From a virus (Duplodnaviria; Heunggongvirae; Uroviricota; Caudoviricetes): DNA of 9,440 nucleotides. Shown here piece after piece: positions 1-7,970 of the stretch (position 1 is its first letter; each line of letters opens with the position of its first letter). The DNA lies in the IMG/VR virus record IMGVR_UViG_3300023038_000043, positions 1-9,440 of that record. One strand, 5' to 3'. The position numbers were made by a program, and so were the translations under genes. The notes under the pieces are model-generated. The model made no database searches, was not told the origin of the DNA, and was given only the letters and a program-made list of their open reading frames with translations.

Positions 1-358
1 GCAGGGTGCCACCGGCATAAACAATCTCGCCCCCCTGCGGATCCGGCATCCATCCAAGCAGGGCTTTCCAGAGTTCTCTCCGGACATCATGAACGGCGTC
101 ATAGGCTGCCCACTGCCCTTTTTCATCACGCTCATTGCTGAGCACAACAATAACGGAGAAGCCTTCTGTCAAATCCTGCCAGTAATCGGTCTGTGATTTT
201 TGTTCCCCCGGCGCATCGTCAGAGGGGACAACATAGGCAGCAGGCAGTCGCAGTTTTCCGGCATCAGGGATCGCCTTAAACTGCGCCGCGCCACTAATAC
301 GGTTCTCAAAACGCGGGCATCGCTCACGCAGCGCCGCAATTATCGTTGTCAGTTTCAT
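1..358 (-). CDS. Tail-proximal structural protein, 5' portion only (possibly tail terminator/completion, DUF3168-like); runs off the window start
   Basis: Hand translation of the reverse complement from ATG at 358..356 gives MKLTTIIAALRERCPRFENRISGAAQFKAIPDAGKLRLP... with no stop to position 2. Its ATG overlaps the upstream gene's TGA (ATGA coupling). Position is immediately after the head-completion genes. Function is from recollection of similar prophage proteins, not a search. Confidence 0.5.
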   Translation of the reverse strand, partial: MKLTTIIAALRERCPRFENRISGAAQFKAIPDAGKLRLPAAYVVPSDDAPGEQKSQTDYWQDLTEGFSVIVVLSNERDEKGQWAAYDAVHDVRRELWKALLGWMPDPQGGEIVYAGGTL

Positions 359-879
359 TTATGCTTCCTTTTTACCGGACGTAACGAACGCTGCAGCTCA
401 CGGGACAACAGTTCCTGCGTCCAGTGACGCCGCCGCTCAATAACGTCAGCCATAAAGTTATTACGCGGGACCAGCCGGAAAGTCGAAGAATGATGCTTCT
501 TCTGCCGCTTATCCTTTTTATCCATTCCATACGCTGAATGGCGAACGCCGTAATACAGAAACGCCGGATAATAAGGTGCCCCCTCAGGGAAGCGGCGATT
601 CCCCTGCCCGTTTTTCTGGTCAGGGGAAATTTTCACCATCAGTCCGGGGCGACGCGTCGTTTTTTTGGGAACGTAATAACCGATGGAGCGGGCCAGACGC
701 CCGGTCTGATACCCCGGATTCTCTCCCGGACCGGAACGCCCGCGTTTAATCACCAGACGTCTGGCGTCGCGCATGTAAACGCGCCCGATTTGCACAAACG
801 CCCGTCGAAGACGGGCGCGATTAAACTCCAGCTCCTTTGGTTGTTTAAAGTCGACGTGTAAAAATGCTGTCTGATTCAT
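355..879 (-). CDS. HK97 gp10-family-like neck/tail completion protein (174 aa from ATG at 879; in-frame GTG alternatives at 918 and 888)
   Basis: ORF track 355..918; the first ATG is residue 14 (MNQTAFLHVDFKQ...), preceded by GGGGTG-type SD. Position after the head-closure gene matches HK97-like order. The 5' end overlaps the upstream gene by about 35 nt. Confidence 0.6.
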   Translation of the reverse strand: MNQTAFLHVDFKQPKELEFNRARLRRAFVQIGRVYMRDARRLVIKRGRSGPGENPGYQTGRLARSIGYYVPKKTTRRPGLMVKISPDQKNGQGNRRFPEGAPYYPAFLYYGVRHSAYGMDKKDKRQKKHHSSTFRLVPRNNFMADVIERRRHWTQELLSRELQRSLRPVKRKHK

Positions 880-1261
880 GGCATTCACCCCGTCGTCGCG
901 CTGTACGCAGTTCTTCACATTCCAGTAATAAAAAACGCCGCTGACCGTTCAGGTCGCGTATTCGCCGGATCCGGTACTCCTGACCGTAATAAACCACCTC
1001 ATGATCTGCCGTGATGTCGTGACGGAAACGGATCGTAAAATAATGTGTAACGATATTTTCTGTCTGCACTGAGCCCTGATAAGCGGCAGCGCCTGGCTGG
1101 GCCACCTTTGCCCAGACATCAAACGACTCCAGATACGTCGGCTCCGTATCAAAATCAGCGGTGGGTTCATCCACACGGAGGCGGATCTTTATCCGGCGAT
1201 TCAGTTCTCCGGGATCCGGTAAAAGGTAAGTGGCACTGGTCTGACTTTGCCTGATTTTCAT
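845..1261 (-). CDS. Head closure / head-tail adaptor protein (SPP1 gp16-like family)
   Basis: ATG at 1261..1259 overlaps the connector stop in an ATGA arrangement (tcat at 1258-1261). The C-terminal half (VWAKV...IRFRHDIT...VVYYGQEYRIRRIRD...RFLLLECEE) resembles head-closure family proteins as I recall them. The N-terminal extension in the ORF track was rejected. Confidence 0.65.
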   Translation of the reverse strand: MKIRQSQTSATYLLPDPGELNRRIKIRLRVDEPTADFDTEPTYLESFDVWAKVAQPGAAAYQGSVQTENIVTHYFTIRFRHDITADHEVVYYGQEYRIRRIRDLNGQRRFLLLECEELRTARRRGECHESDSIFTRRL

Positions 1262-1581
1262 AGAGGCACAATCCTGTAAGGACCAGCGAGCCATCTGAAA
1301 CTCACTGGCGTTTCAAGTTTCTCAACATTGGTACTCGCTGAACGATTTTCATAAAAATGACTGACCAGCATCAGCATGGCCAGACGAATGTCATCAGTCA
1401 GATGTATCCCGTCAGGATCATCTTCCGGAATCGTCTCATCCGGTGCATACAACTTCCTGTTCAGATAGGACTCTGTTCTTTTCTGTACCGCCTGTGCCAG
1501 CAGTTTCAGAAGATCGCCGTCACTATACAACCCATCATCGAGCCGGAGATGAGACTTAATTTCCTCTTCTTTCAGGAGCAT
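1258..1581 (-). CDS. gp6-like head-tail connector protein
   Basis: Internal ATG at 1581..1579 with AGGAGG 5-6 nt upstream (rc of 1586-1591) gives MLLKEEEIKSHLRLDDGLYSDGDLLKLLAQAV..., 107 aa, typical of the Phage_connect_1 family. It lies immediately downstream of the capsid gene. The longer track ORF overlaps the capsid 3' end and lacks an RBS. Confidence 0.75.
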   Translation of the reverse strand: MLLKEEEIKSHLRLDDGLYSDGDLLKLLAQAVQKRTESYLNRKLYAPDETIPEDDPDGIHLTDDIRLAMLMLVSHFYENRSASTNVEKLETPVSFRWLAGPYRIVPL

Positions 1582-1591
1582 ATTTCCTCCT

Positions 1592-1613
1592 GTGCCCGCG
1601 TAATGGCGGGCAC
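1592..1613 (-). promoter_or_regulatory. Intercistronic hairpin between capsid stop and connector SD (perfect 8-bp stem, 6-nt loop)
   Basis: gtgcccgc (1592-1599) / gtaatg loop / gcgggcac (1606-1613) are exact reverse complements. On the mRNA the hairpin is preceded by a U-run and directly abuts the AGGAGG of the next gene. A competing repeat pair cgcgtaatg (1598-1606) / cattacgcg (1623-1631) overlaps the capsid stop codon. Confidence 0.5.
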
Positions 1614-1624
1614 AAAAAACCGCA

Positions 1625-2851
1625 TTACGCGGCAGCTTTCTTGCTGGTTGCAGCCCCAATTTTCATCAGCTTAATCGCCTGAGAATCCACCAGCATACCG
1701 CCGGTTCGCTTGGTGGTATAAAAACCCACAAACGGTTTGTTGGTGTACGGATCGCGCAGGATACGGGTACCGATGCGATCAACGATGGTATAGCCACGTT
1801 TGAAGTTACCAAACGCAATGGCTTTTGCATCGGCGGCAATATCCGGCATCTGCTCATTCTCAACGATGCCATACCCTGCCAGAGAAGAAGGCTGACCCAG
1901 CTCAATACCCGGACGCCACAGATAATTTCCGTCGTTATCCTTCAGCAGACGAATGGCAAACAGGCTGCTGTTGTTCATCATGAACTTCGCGCCGCTGCGG
2001 TGCGCCTTACGCAGGGTGTAAATCAGTTTAATGATCGCATCAGCGGTCACGCCAGAAGCCGCACCGGAAGCGATATGCTGAAGTTTGCCAAACTTACGGG
2101 TTTTGTCATCTTCATCGGTGGACTCATAAGCCAGAAAACCTTTTGGTTTTTTGCTGCCGTCGCCACTGGTAAAGGCAATTTCTTCCTGTTCGGCAAATTC
2201 CAGCGCCAGCTCACTGTTGATCCAGTCTTCCACATTGAAGAAAGCGTCATCGAGCATTTTCTGGGTGGCCTGCGGGTTGCCGTAGATTTCCCCCATAAAG
2301 GGTTCAATCAGCCCCAGTTTTGAGGTGGCGGTTTCCGGACGCGTATCCGTTTCCCCCACCCATCCGGACTTAGTGCCGCCCAGATTCACCAGTTTTTTAT
2401 AATCCGAGCCACCGAGGGTGATCACAGTGGCTTCCTGGCGCATCACCACCTCATCTTTCAGCAGCGTCAGGATGGTACGATCCAGTTCTTCCGGAATGGC
2501 ATAACCACCATCTTCATCATTACCTACCTGAAGCGCCTTACGTTCAAGTTCACGCAGACCGTCTTCACGCCCCTTGCGCATAAATCCGATAAACGCTTCT
2601 TTGTGTTCACCGGCAACTTTATTTTTCGTGCCGCCTGCCGGACGCTTAACTTCAGCCAGCTCAGCCTCAAGATCGCTTTTCAGGTTTTCCAGCTCGCTGA
2701 TTTGCCCGTTCAGGCTTTCCACCTGTTCGGCCAGCTTGCTTTTTTCCTGTTCGATCGCGTCAATGCGCTTGTCGTTTTTTGCCTTAAAATCGTCAAACTT
2801 CTGCTGCAAATCCTGCGCGACCTGTTCAACGTCTTTAATATCAACAGCCAT
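1625..2851 (-). CDS. Major capsid protein, HK97 family, with N-terminal coiled-coil delta/scaffold-like domain
   Basis: 408 aa; ATG at 2851..2849 with AGGAG 7 nt upstream. The N-terminus is a heptad-like charged coil (EQVAQDLQQKFDDFKAKNDKRIDAIEQEKSKLAEQVESL...) followed by a long region typical of HK97-fold capsid proteins. It directly follows the prohead protease. Confidence 0.93.
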   Translation of the reverse strand: MAVDIKDVEQVAQDLQQKFDDFKAKNDKRIDAIEQEKSKLAEQVESLNGQISELENLKSDLEAELAEVKRPAGGTKNKVAGEHKEAFIGFMRKGREDGLRELERKALQVGNDEDGGYAIPEELDRTILTLLKDEVVMRQEATVITLGGSDYKKLVNLGGTKSGWVGETDTRPETATSKLGLIEPFMGEIYGNPQATQKMLDDAFFNVEDWINSELALEFAEQEEIAFTSGDGSKKPKGFLAYESTDEDDKTRKFGKLQHIASGAASGVTADAIIKLIYTLRKAHRSGAKFMMNNSSLFAIRLLKDNDGNYLWRPGIELGQPSSLAGYGIVENEQMPDIAADAKAIAFGNFKRGYTIVDRIGTRILRDPYTNKPFVGFYTTKRTGGMLVDSQAIKLMKIGAATSKKAAA

Positions 2852-2864
2852 TATTTACTCCTGG

Positions 2865-3515
2865 TTAAAATTTAAGATTTTTCAGTGCATTCAGTGCGAC
2901 ATCCACATCCTCAGCATCACGCAGGGATAAAGCGCCATATCCCCCGGCCATGAATGCTTTGGCCTGGGTTCGCGAGAGTCCAACATCGCGCAGGACTCGC
3001 TCAATAATTTTCTGATCGGGGATCTCCCCACGCGCCAGCGCATTTTTCACATCGCTGATGCGTGCTTCATCATTGGAAGGAAACGTCACCAGACTGACCT
3101 CCCACAGGTCGATCTCTTTCAGCAGGAATACCCCTTTTTCCCGGTCGTACTCCCAGTCTTTCAGGATGTAGCCAATAGAAAGGCCGGTTAAAGAACCGGC
3201 CTTCATATGGGCATGTGCACGTTTTGCCAGGGGATCATCATCAACGAGTAATCGCCCCCTGACATAAAGCCCGACATCATCTTCTTTCATTTCGGTGTAC
3301 ACACCGATGGGCTCATCCATACGGTGCTGCCAGAGCAACGCAGGCAGCGCCTTTTTTTCGCTCCATTTCTGGAGTGTTGTGGTAAAGGCTCCGGGGATCA
3401 CCACATCATCGTGGCTGTCCTTAACACCAAAAACAGAACCGTAACCTTCAAATTCCCCGGAATCACTGACGGATTTCAGGTTCAGCGGTATATCAAGACG
3501 CTGTTTTATCTGCAT
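2865..3515 (-). CDS. Prohead protease, HK97 family (216 aa from ATG at 3515; longer alternative from ATG at 3545)
   Basis: The ATG at 3515..3513 is preceded by AAGGAGA (rc of 3523-3531), whereas the 3545 ATG has no SD. MQIKQRLDIPLNLKSVSDSGEFEGYGSVFGVKDSHDDVV... is typical of HK97 gp4-type proteases. Sits between portal and capsid. Confidence 0.88.
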   Translation of the reverse strand: MQIKQRLDIPLNLKSVSDSGEFEGYGSVFGVKDSHDDVVIPGAFTTTLQKWSEKKALPALLWQHRMDEPIGVYTEMKEDDVGLYVRGRLLVDDDPLAKRAHAHMKAGSLTGLSIGYILKDWEYDREKGVFLLKEIDLWEVSLVTFPSNDEARISDVKNALARGEIPDQKIIERVLRDVGLSRTQAKAFMAGGYGALSLRDAEDVDVALNALKNLKF

Positions 3516-4734
3516 CTCCACTCTCCTTTTTCTTACCGTTGTCATCGCCAGCAGAGGGACTGGTGGTCATGTTCATCGGTGTCAGATACACATCACCGCC
3601 TGGTCGGGGATTCATATCCTCCAGATCACGGCAGTCATTAGGGGAATAAATCCCCCAGTTGATCCCCGTGGCATACGCTTCAAAGCGGGATTTCATGTCG
3701 CCACGCAACAATGCTCCGGCATTAAATTTGGCGTAAAACCTCCCCTGTTTGCTCTCCCTGACCAGCCCTGTATTGATCCGTTGTTCAATACGGGTCAGAT
3801 ACGGCACAAGGGAATAGTTGATAAATCCGAGCCCCAGCTCTTCAATATTGTTGAAGGTGGCGCGATCGGTGTTCTGCACCATGTGCAATGGCACACGGAA
3901 CAGACGACAGATTTCTTCCAGCTGAAACTTGCGGGTTTCCAGGAACTGGCTGTCCTCGGCGTTCAGCGCCATCGACTTCCAGTCCAGCCCCATTTCCAGA
4001 ATCATCGGGCGGTGAGCATTGCCAAGCCCCGTGTGACGCTCCTCAAAATCTTTCTTCAGACGCTCGTAAGCATCCGGCGTGAGCTTTTGTTCCGTACGCA
4101 ACACACCGGATGTCACCGCACCATTACCAAACAACCTGGCACCGTGCTCCTCGGTTGCCGCTGCCAGTGAAATGGCCTCACGCGCATACGCAATGGGATT
4201 CAGCCCCACCAGTCCGTCCAGCGTCAGAGTGCGCACATGCCAGATTTTATCCTGGGTCAGCACATCCACGGAACCATCCGGAAACGTCACCTGATAAACC
4301 GGCTGCCACTGGCTGTTCAGCTTCGGTTCCACACAGCCCGGATCTATCGGAAGAAGCTCCACCACTTCCCCCAGTGCCTTTACCTTGTAGGCGTAAAAAT
4401 TCCCCCGCAGACACAGGCAGACAATGACCAGTTCCCAGAATTCCTGCGGCGTCATGTAGCCATTGGGTTTTGCCGAAATCAGCTTATGCAGCCGTTCATC
4501 CACCGCCCGTGTTTTAAGGGTGCCGCTGATTTTGTAGAGACTGCAGGGCAGCATACCAACAGACTCAGCCAGCACCCTGACGCAGGAATAGACCGCCGTC
4601 AGCCGCATGGCCCGCTGGCTGCTGATCCGCTTTCCGGTATAGGTGTCGTATGACAGCCCGATAGCCTCCGCCAGCTCTGCTGGCGTGGTCACCGGTGCGT
4701 CACTTTTTCGTTGAAATAACCCCGAAAAGAACAC
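3493..4734 (-). CDS. Portal protein, HK97 family (apparent GTG start)
   Basis: 413-aa ORF with GGAGG 6 nt upstream of the first (GTG) codon at 4734..4732. Size, position between terminase and protease, and acidic C-terminal tail are typical of portals. Overlaps the protease gene 5' end by at least 23 nt. Confidence 0.88.
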   Translation of the reverse strand: MFFSGLFQRKSDAPVTTPAELAEAIGLSYDTYTGKRISSQRAMRLTAVYSCVRVLAESVGMLPCSLYKISGTLKTRAVDERLHKLISAKPNGYMTPQEFWELVIVCLCLRGNFYAYKVKALGEVVELLPIDPGCVEPKLNSQWQPVYQVTFPDGSVDVLTQDKIWHVRTLTLDGLVGLNPIAYAREAISLAAATEEHGARLFGNGAVTSGVLRTEQKLTPDAYERLKKDFEERHTGLGNAHRPMILEMGLDWKSMALNAEDSQFLETRKFQLEEICRLFRVPLHMVQNTDRATFNNIEELGLGFINYSLVPYLTRIEQRINTGLVRESKQGRFYAKFNAGALLRGDMKSRFEAYATGINWGIYSPNDCRDLEDMNPRPGGDVYLTPMNMTTSPSAGDDNGKKKESGDADKTAS

Positions 4735-4916
4735 TATTTACCTCCGCCGACAGACTGCCGTGTACGGTCGAGATATCGTGCAACCAGCCACGACCAGAAC
4801 AGGCACAGCGCCCCGGCAACAACAAAACCCGCCGGGGGATAAATCAGCCAGGCGCCATACGCCAGCAAAAGCACACCCAGCACGCCCACCAGAGGCGTGA
4901 GAATTATCAGAAACAT
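4734..4916 (-). CDS. Small predicted two-TM membrane protein (60 aa) between terminase large subunit and portal
   Basis: ATG at 4916..4914 with GAGG 6 nt upstream; [49 protein letters not shown]... is strongly hydrophobic with host-like CTG-rich codons. Its stop TAG (4736..4734) overlaps the portal start codon. No family recognised. Confidence 0.5.
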   Translation of the reverse strand: MFLIILTPLVGVLGVLLLAYGAWLIYPPAGFVVAGALCLFWSWLVARYLDRTRQSVGGGK

Positions 4917-4927
4917 AATGTCCTCGG

Positions 4928-6685
4928 TTAAAGCGAGCGGATACCAACACTAATCAGGTGTTCAGACAGATCCGGCTCCGGTTCACCGCCATTGACCAGC
5001 ATCCGGCTCATTGCTGTAAACATCGCAACAGGGCCGTCGATTTTTGCTTCAGGCGTGGATTTGTTCGGGAAGATATTGTCGTTTTTGTCCGGTTTTACCG
5101 TAACGTTAGACATCATCCAGTTCATGACCGGGTGATTGCTGTGGTGAAAACGCCCGGCATAGACCAGTGATTCCGTTTCCTTCATGGCCTCTGACAGATT
5201 GCGGACCGTCTGCGGAACTTCCACCAGCGGTATCCCTTCTTCAGCCAGAGCCAGACTGAACTGCATTGCACTCCACGGGTCAAATCCCAGCTCCCTCAGG
5301 TTTTCACCACCAATCCATTCCAGTAAGTCACTTTTTATCTGAGCATGATCGATAACATCACCATCCGTCAGGATGAGCTTATCCATCTCCGCCCATTTCC
5401 GGTAAAGTTCTGCCTGCTGCCGCGAGCACCGCTCCAGCCGTCCTTCCGGGAGCCAGAATTTAAAATCAGCATGAACATGTCCGTTATCGGTTCGCCAGAG
5501 TTTTGCCGCCGCACAGATATCAATCTTATGAGCAAGGTCGACGCCGACCCACATGGGATACGTTTTCAGCTCATGTCGTGGGGCAATATATTCGCATTTC
5601 TCCCACTTAATCATGTCCATCCAGGCAGACTCTGCTGTTACCCACACATTCATGTGTTTCGTGAAAAAATTCACCCGCGCTGAAACCTGTTCCTTCGCTT
5701 TTTTCGCCAGACGACGCAGATCATCCCAGCGTTTACAGATGCCCAGGCCCGGATTCGCTTTCTGCCAGACCGTTTCATCAAACGGATCATCTCCCTCATC
5801 GAGCGTGTAAATAATCGCAAAGTAGGAGTCGTCTTTTACCGCGCCCTCCACGTCACTGTTATAGCCTCGCAATACCTTGATGGCGTAATCGCGTTGCTCG
5901 TAACAAATCCCTTCCTTGTTAAAGCCCGCCGTGGTGATACCAAATAACAGGGACTGCAGACGGGCACCGGTTGCCGTTTCCAGAACGTCCCACACGTCGC
6001 GGGTTTTATGTGCATGCAGCTCATCAATAATGGCGCAGTGGATGTTCAGACCGTCCAGGTTGTTTGCATCCGAGGAAAGCGGTTCAAATTTTGATGCACT
6101 CTGCTCCTGGTAAATCGCCAGCTTGTTGAAATCAAACAACCGCCCGAGTGTCGACCGGGCTTTTCTGACCATATTTTTGGCGTCTTCAAACACGATTCTG
6201 GCCTGGTCACGCGTGGTTGCGGCTGAATACACCTCAGCCCCGCCTTCACCATCTGCCCCCGTCATATACAGACCGATACCCGATGACAGGGTTGATTTTG
6301 CGTTTTTACGGGCGACTTCGTTGTACGCCGTCCGGAACCGGCGCACCATCACCGGGCGCCCGCTGCCATCGCTGCGCATGACAACTTCCCCGGTCTCTTC
6401 ATTCACCAGCGGAATGACAAAACCAAAAATATTAATGAGGATAAAAACATGCCAGTCCATCAACTCAATGGGCTGACCTGCCAGCGCCCCTTTCACATGG
6501 GGCACAAATTTGTAGAAATTCAGGATGTGCTGCGCACGGGGTTCACTGAAATAAATCCCCCGCTCTTCGCCGTACTTCAGATCATCAAGAAAACGCTGGC
6601 AGGCCAGACGGACAAATTCGCCAGCGACAATTTCTCCTGCAACAACACGTTCGGCGTAGCGGATCCCGTCAGCCACTTTTGCCAT
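4928..6685 (-). CDS. Terminase large subunit (Terminase_1-like ATPase/nuclease)
   Basis: 585 aa; ATG at 6685..6683 shares a nucleotide with the small-subunit TGA (TGATG coupling). Contains a Walker-B-like hydrophobic-DE motif ([14 protein letters not shown]) and overall terminase-like layout. Lies between the small subunit and portal. Confidence 0.93.
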   Translation of the reverse strand: MAKVADGIRYAERVVAGEIVAGEFVRLACQRFLDDLKYGEERGIYFSEPRAQHILNFYKFVPHVKGALAGQPIELMDWHVFILINIFGFVIPLVNEETGEVVMRSDGSGRPVMVRRFRTAYNEVARKNAKSTLSSGIGLYMTGADGEGGAEVYSAATTRDQARIVFEDAKNMVRKARSTLGRLFDFNKLAIYQEQSASKFEPLSSDANNLDGLNIHCAIIDELHAHKTRDVWDVLETATGARLQSLLFGITTAGFNKEGICYEQRDYAIKVLRGYNSDVEGAVKDDSYFAIIYTLDEGDDPFDETVWQKANPGLGICKRWDDLRRLAKKAKEQVSARVNFFTKHMNVWVTAESAWMDMIKWEKCEYIAPRHELKTYPMWVGVDLAHKIDICAAAKLWRTDNGHVHADFKFWLPEGRLERCSRQQAELYRKWAEMDKLILTDGDVIDHAQIKSDLLEWIGGENLRELGFDPWSAMQFSLALAEEGIPLVEVPQTVRNLSEAMKETESLVYAGRFHHSNHPVMNWMMSNVTVKPDKNDNIFPNKSTPEAKIDGPVAMFTAMSRMLVNGGEPEPDLSEHLISVGIRSL

Positions 6686-7167
6686 CAGTCTCTCGCTTTT
6701 AAAAGCTCTGCCAGTGGATCAACATCATCCGGTCCGGCGGTATTTACTTTCGCCCGGCTTGCCGGTGACATACCAAACTCTGCAAGCATCGCCCGGATCC
6801 GCTTCCAGGCATCCGCCTTCATCGCCGCAGCCGGATGTGCCTTGATCATCACATCGCCATTCTGCGTTTCCGTGCGGTAGGTATAACCCTCAACATCGAG
6901 TGTTTCGCAGTGATGCCGGTATTCGATGTAGGCTTCCACCAGTAACTCGAGTGCACGCGCATCAAGCTGAGAAATGATCCCTTCCGCATTCAGCTCTTCC
7001 GCCATTCGCCTGAACCAGTACTTCCCCTGCGCCCCTAAATGTTGCGGAATTTTAGGGAGACCTTTTTCATCCTTTTTAGCGGCTTTTTTGGGGTCTTTAA
7101 CGGGGCGCTTTGAGGGGTTGCCTCGTATCAAATGCAGGCGTGGCGGGGTTTTCGGGGGTCCTGACAT
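6685..7167 (-). CDS. Terminase small subunit (P27-family-like)
   Basis: 160 aa; ATG at 7167..7165. Basic Lys/Pro-rich N-terminus (PPKTPPRLHLIRGNPSKRPVKDPKKAAKKDEKGLP) followed by a helical region, typical of P27-type small subunits. Immediately upstream of and coupled to the large subunit. Confidence 0.85.
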   Translation of the reverse strand: MSGPPKTPPRLHLIRGNPSKRPVKDPKKAAKKDEKGLPKIPQHLGAQGKYWFRRMAEELNAEGIISQLDARALELLVEAYIEYRHHCETLDVEGYTYRTETQNGDVMIKAHPAAAMKADAWKRIRAMLAEFGMSPASRAKVNTAGPDDVDPLAELLKARD

Positions 7168-7180
7168 AATCGGTTTTACC

Positions 7181-7193
7181 TATCAATCGTTTG
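7181..7193. promoter_or_regulatory. IHF core-consensus match (TATCAATCGTTTG fits WATCAANNNNTTR), candidate cosB-like bending site
   Basis: Exact match to the IHF core consensus read directly in the sequence, 14-26 nt upstream of the terS start and next to an A7 tract (7205-7211). Functional assignment is inference by analogy to lambda cosB. Confidence 0.3.
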
Positions 7194-7244
7194 ATCGCAT
7201 TCCCAAAAAAAGTTTTCGAACCTGCGGCGATGCGAGAAAGGGTT

Positions 7245-7296
7245 GGCGGGCGGTCCCGGACAGCCAGGGCTGCAGGGATTTGACCCGCCCCTCCCC
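7245..7296. other. Candidate cos (cosN-like) site: GC-rich nested inverted repeats between HNH endonuclease and terS
   Basis: GGCGGGCGGTCCCGG (7245-7259) and GACCCGCCCCTCCCC (7282-7296) are imperfect inverted repeats flanking a central palindrome cagcc-ag-ggctg (7261-7272). Location between an HNH endonuclease and terS is where HK97-type phages carry cos. The exact nick positions cannot be derived from sequence alone. Confidence 0.35.
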
Positions 7297-7313
7297 ACAA
7301 GTGAGAATAATTA

Positions 7314-7664
7314 TCACCTGATTCGTTCGCGCGCTGTTTTCGCTTTGTGGCAGGGCCAGCACAGACTCTGCAGGTTGCTGTCTGCGTCTGTTCCGCCATG
7401 TGCTTTCGGGATGATGTGGTCGACAGTTTTCGCCTCGCGCACCACACCGACACGCAGACACAACTGACACAGACCTTTATCGCGCTTCAGAATACGGGCA
7501 CGAATCACCGTCCATTTTGAGCCATAACCACGCTGGTGGCGGCTCAGTCCGCGCTGGTGCTGTGCCCAGCCTTCACCACGATGTTTATCGCAGTAGCCAG
7601 AACTGTCTGTCGTTGTGCCTGCGCAGCCTCGCTTACGGCATGCGCGGGGGATCCGTGATGGCAT
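7314..7664 (-). CDS. HNH endonuclease (packaging-associated, HK97 gp74-like)
   Basis: 116 aa; Cys-x2-Cys...His...Asn...His...Cys-x2-Cys layout (CQLCLRVGVVREAKTVDHIIPKAHGGTDADSNLQSLCWPCHKAKT) plus an N-terminal Cys cluster. Located directly upstream of cos/terS. Confidence 0.9.
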   Translation of the reverse strand: MPSRIPRACRKRGCAGTTTDSSGYCDKHRGEGWAQHQRGLSRHQRGYGSKWTVIRARILKRDKGLCQLCLRVGVVREAKTVDHIIPKAHGGTDADSNLQSLCWPCHKAKTARERIR

Positions 7665-7682
7665 AGAATTTCACTCTCCTGA

Positions 7683-7691
7683 TGGTAAAAT
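7683..7691 (+). promoter_or_regulatory. Candidate extended -10 promoter (TGgTAAAAT) for the plus-strand 70-aa gene
   Basis: TGn plus TAAAAT (5/6 match to TATAAT) lies 33-41 nt upstream of the ATG at 7724; no good -35, which is tolerated for extended -10 promoters. GGAG RBS at 7715-7718. Confidence 0.3.
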
Positions 7692-7723
7692 AACCATTCC
7701 TTAAAAACCTATACGGAGAACAA

Positions 7724-7936
7724 ATGAAAAATACTATTTCAAAAGGATTTCACCGGACAGGCGTTCTGTTGGCTATTTTGGTGTTGATGTTGAGCTTTGG
7801 TTTCTTTTTATTAACAGGTGCTGGTACAGGAATCTCGTTATTTGCTGTATTAGTTTCCCTGGTATGTGCCTTACTGACATACGGCATACTCAGACTGGTC
7901 GGATGGGCCGTTAACGGATTCATAAAAGATAACTAA
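7724..7936 (+). CDS. Small two-TM membrane protein (70 aa), opposite-strand AT-rich moron-like gene
   Basis: ATG at 7724 with GGAG 5 nt upstream; MKNTISKGFHRTGVLLAILVLMLSFGFFLLTGAGTGISLFAVLVSLVCALLTYGILRLVGWAVNGF... has two hydrophobic helices. About 40% GC by hand count versus visibly GC-richer flanks, and AT-rich codons (tta, att, ttt). Followed by a hairpin. Confidence 0.6.
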   Translation: MKNTISKGFHRTGVLLAILVLMLSFGFFLLTGAGTGISLFAVLVSLVCALLTYGILRLVGWAVNGFIKDN

Positions 7937-7945
7937 AACATTATC

Positions 7946-7970
7946 GCAGCCCCTCACACTGAAGGGCTGC
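7946..7970. terminator. Hairpin between convergent small genes (7-bp stem gcagccc/gggctgc, about 11-nt loop); weak bidirectional terminator candidate
   Basis: Perfect 7-bp GC-rich inverted repeat 10 nt after the plus-strand TAA (7934-7936) and 15 nt after the minus-strand 60-aa gene stop. Flanking U-tracts are poor on both strands, so termination is probably partial. Confidence 0.35.

Noticed and set aside
1582-1659. N-terminal extension of the connector ORF (MGLQPARKLPRNAVFCARHYAGTGGN...)
   Set aside because: The extension overlaps the capsid gene 3' end and the intergenic hairpin and has no RBS. The internal ATG at 1581 has a perfect AGGAGG and gives a protein of typical gp6-like size.
949-2307. 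Same-strand alternative-frame ORFs inside the head-tail and capsid genes (949-1176, 1666-1905, 2047-2307), and 4738-4950
   Set aside because: They are fully embedded in other frames of confidently assigned genes, with no RBS and low-complexity translations.
3516-3545. Upstream ATG at 3545 as the prohead protease start
   Set aside because: There is no SD upstream of it, whereas the ATG at 3515 is preceded by AAGGAGA. It is kept as an alternative because the start cannot be proven from sequence.
4237-4653. 138-aa plus-strand ORF, and similar plus-strand ORFs at 3781-4170, 4079-4294, 4110-4427, 5345-5683, 5553-5810, 6123-6476, 6449-6880 and 2574-2930
   Set aside because: All lie antisense inside long, well-supported minus-strand structural genes (portal, terminase, capsid). 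They lack RBSs and have Pro/Arg/Ser-rich low-complexity translations typical of antisense frames.
7097-7470. Minus-strand ORFs of 118 aa and 95 aa crossing the HNH-terS intergenic region
   Set aside because: They overlap the terS 5' end and HNH 3' end out of frame, have no SD, and cover the GC-rich candidate cos region where open frames arise by chance. The interval is better explained as a non-coding cos/IHF site.
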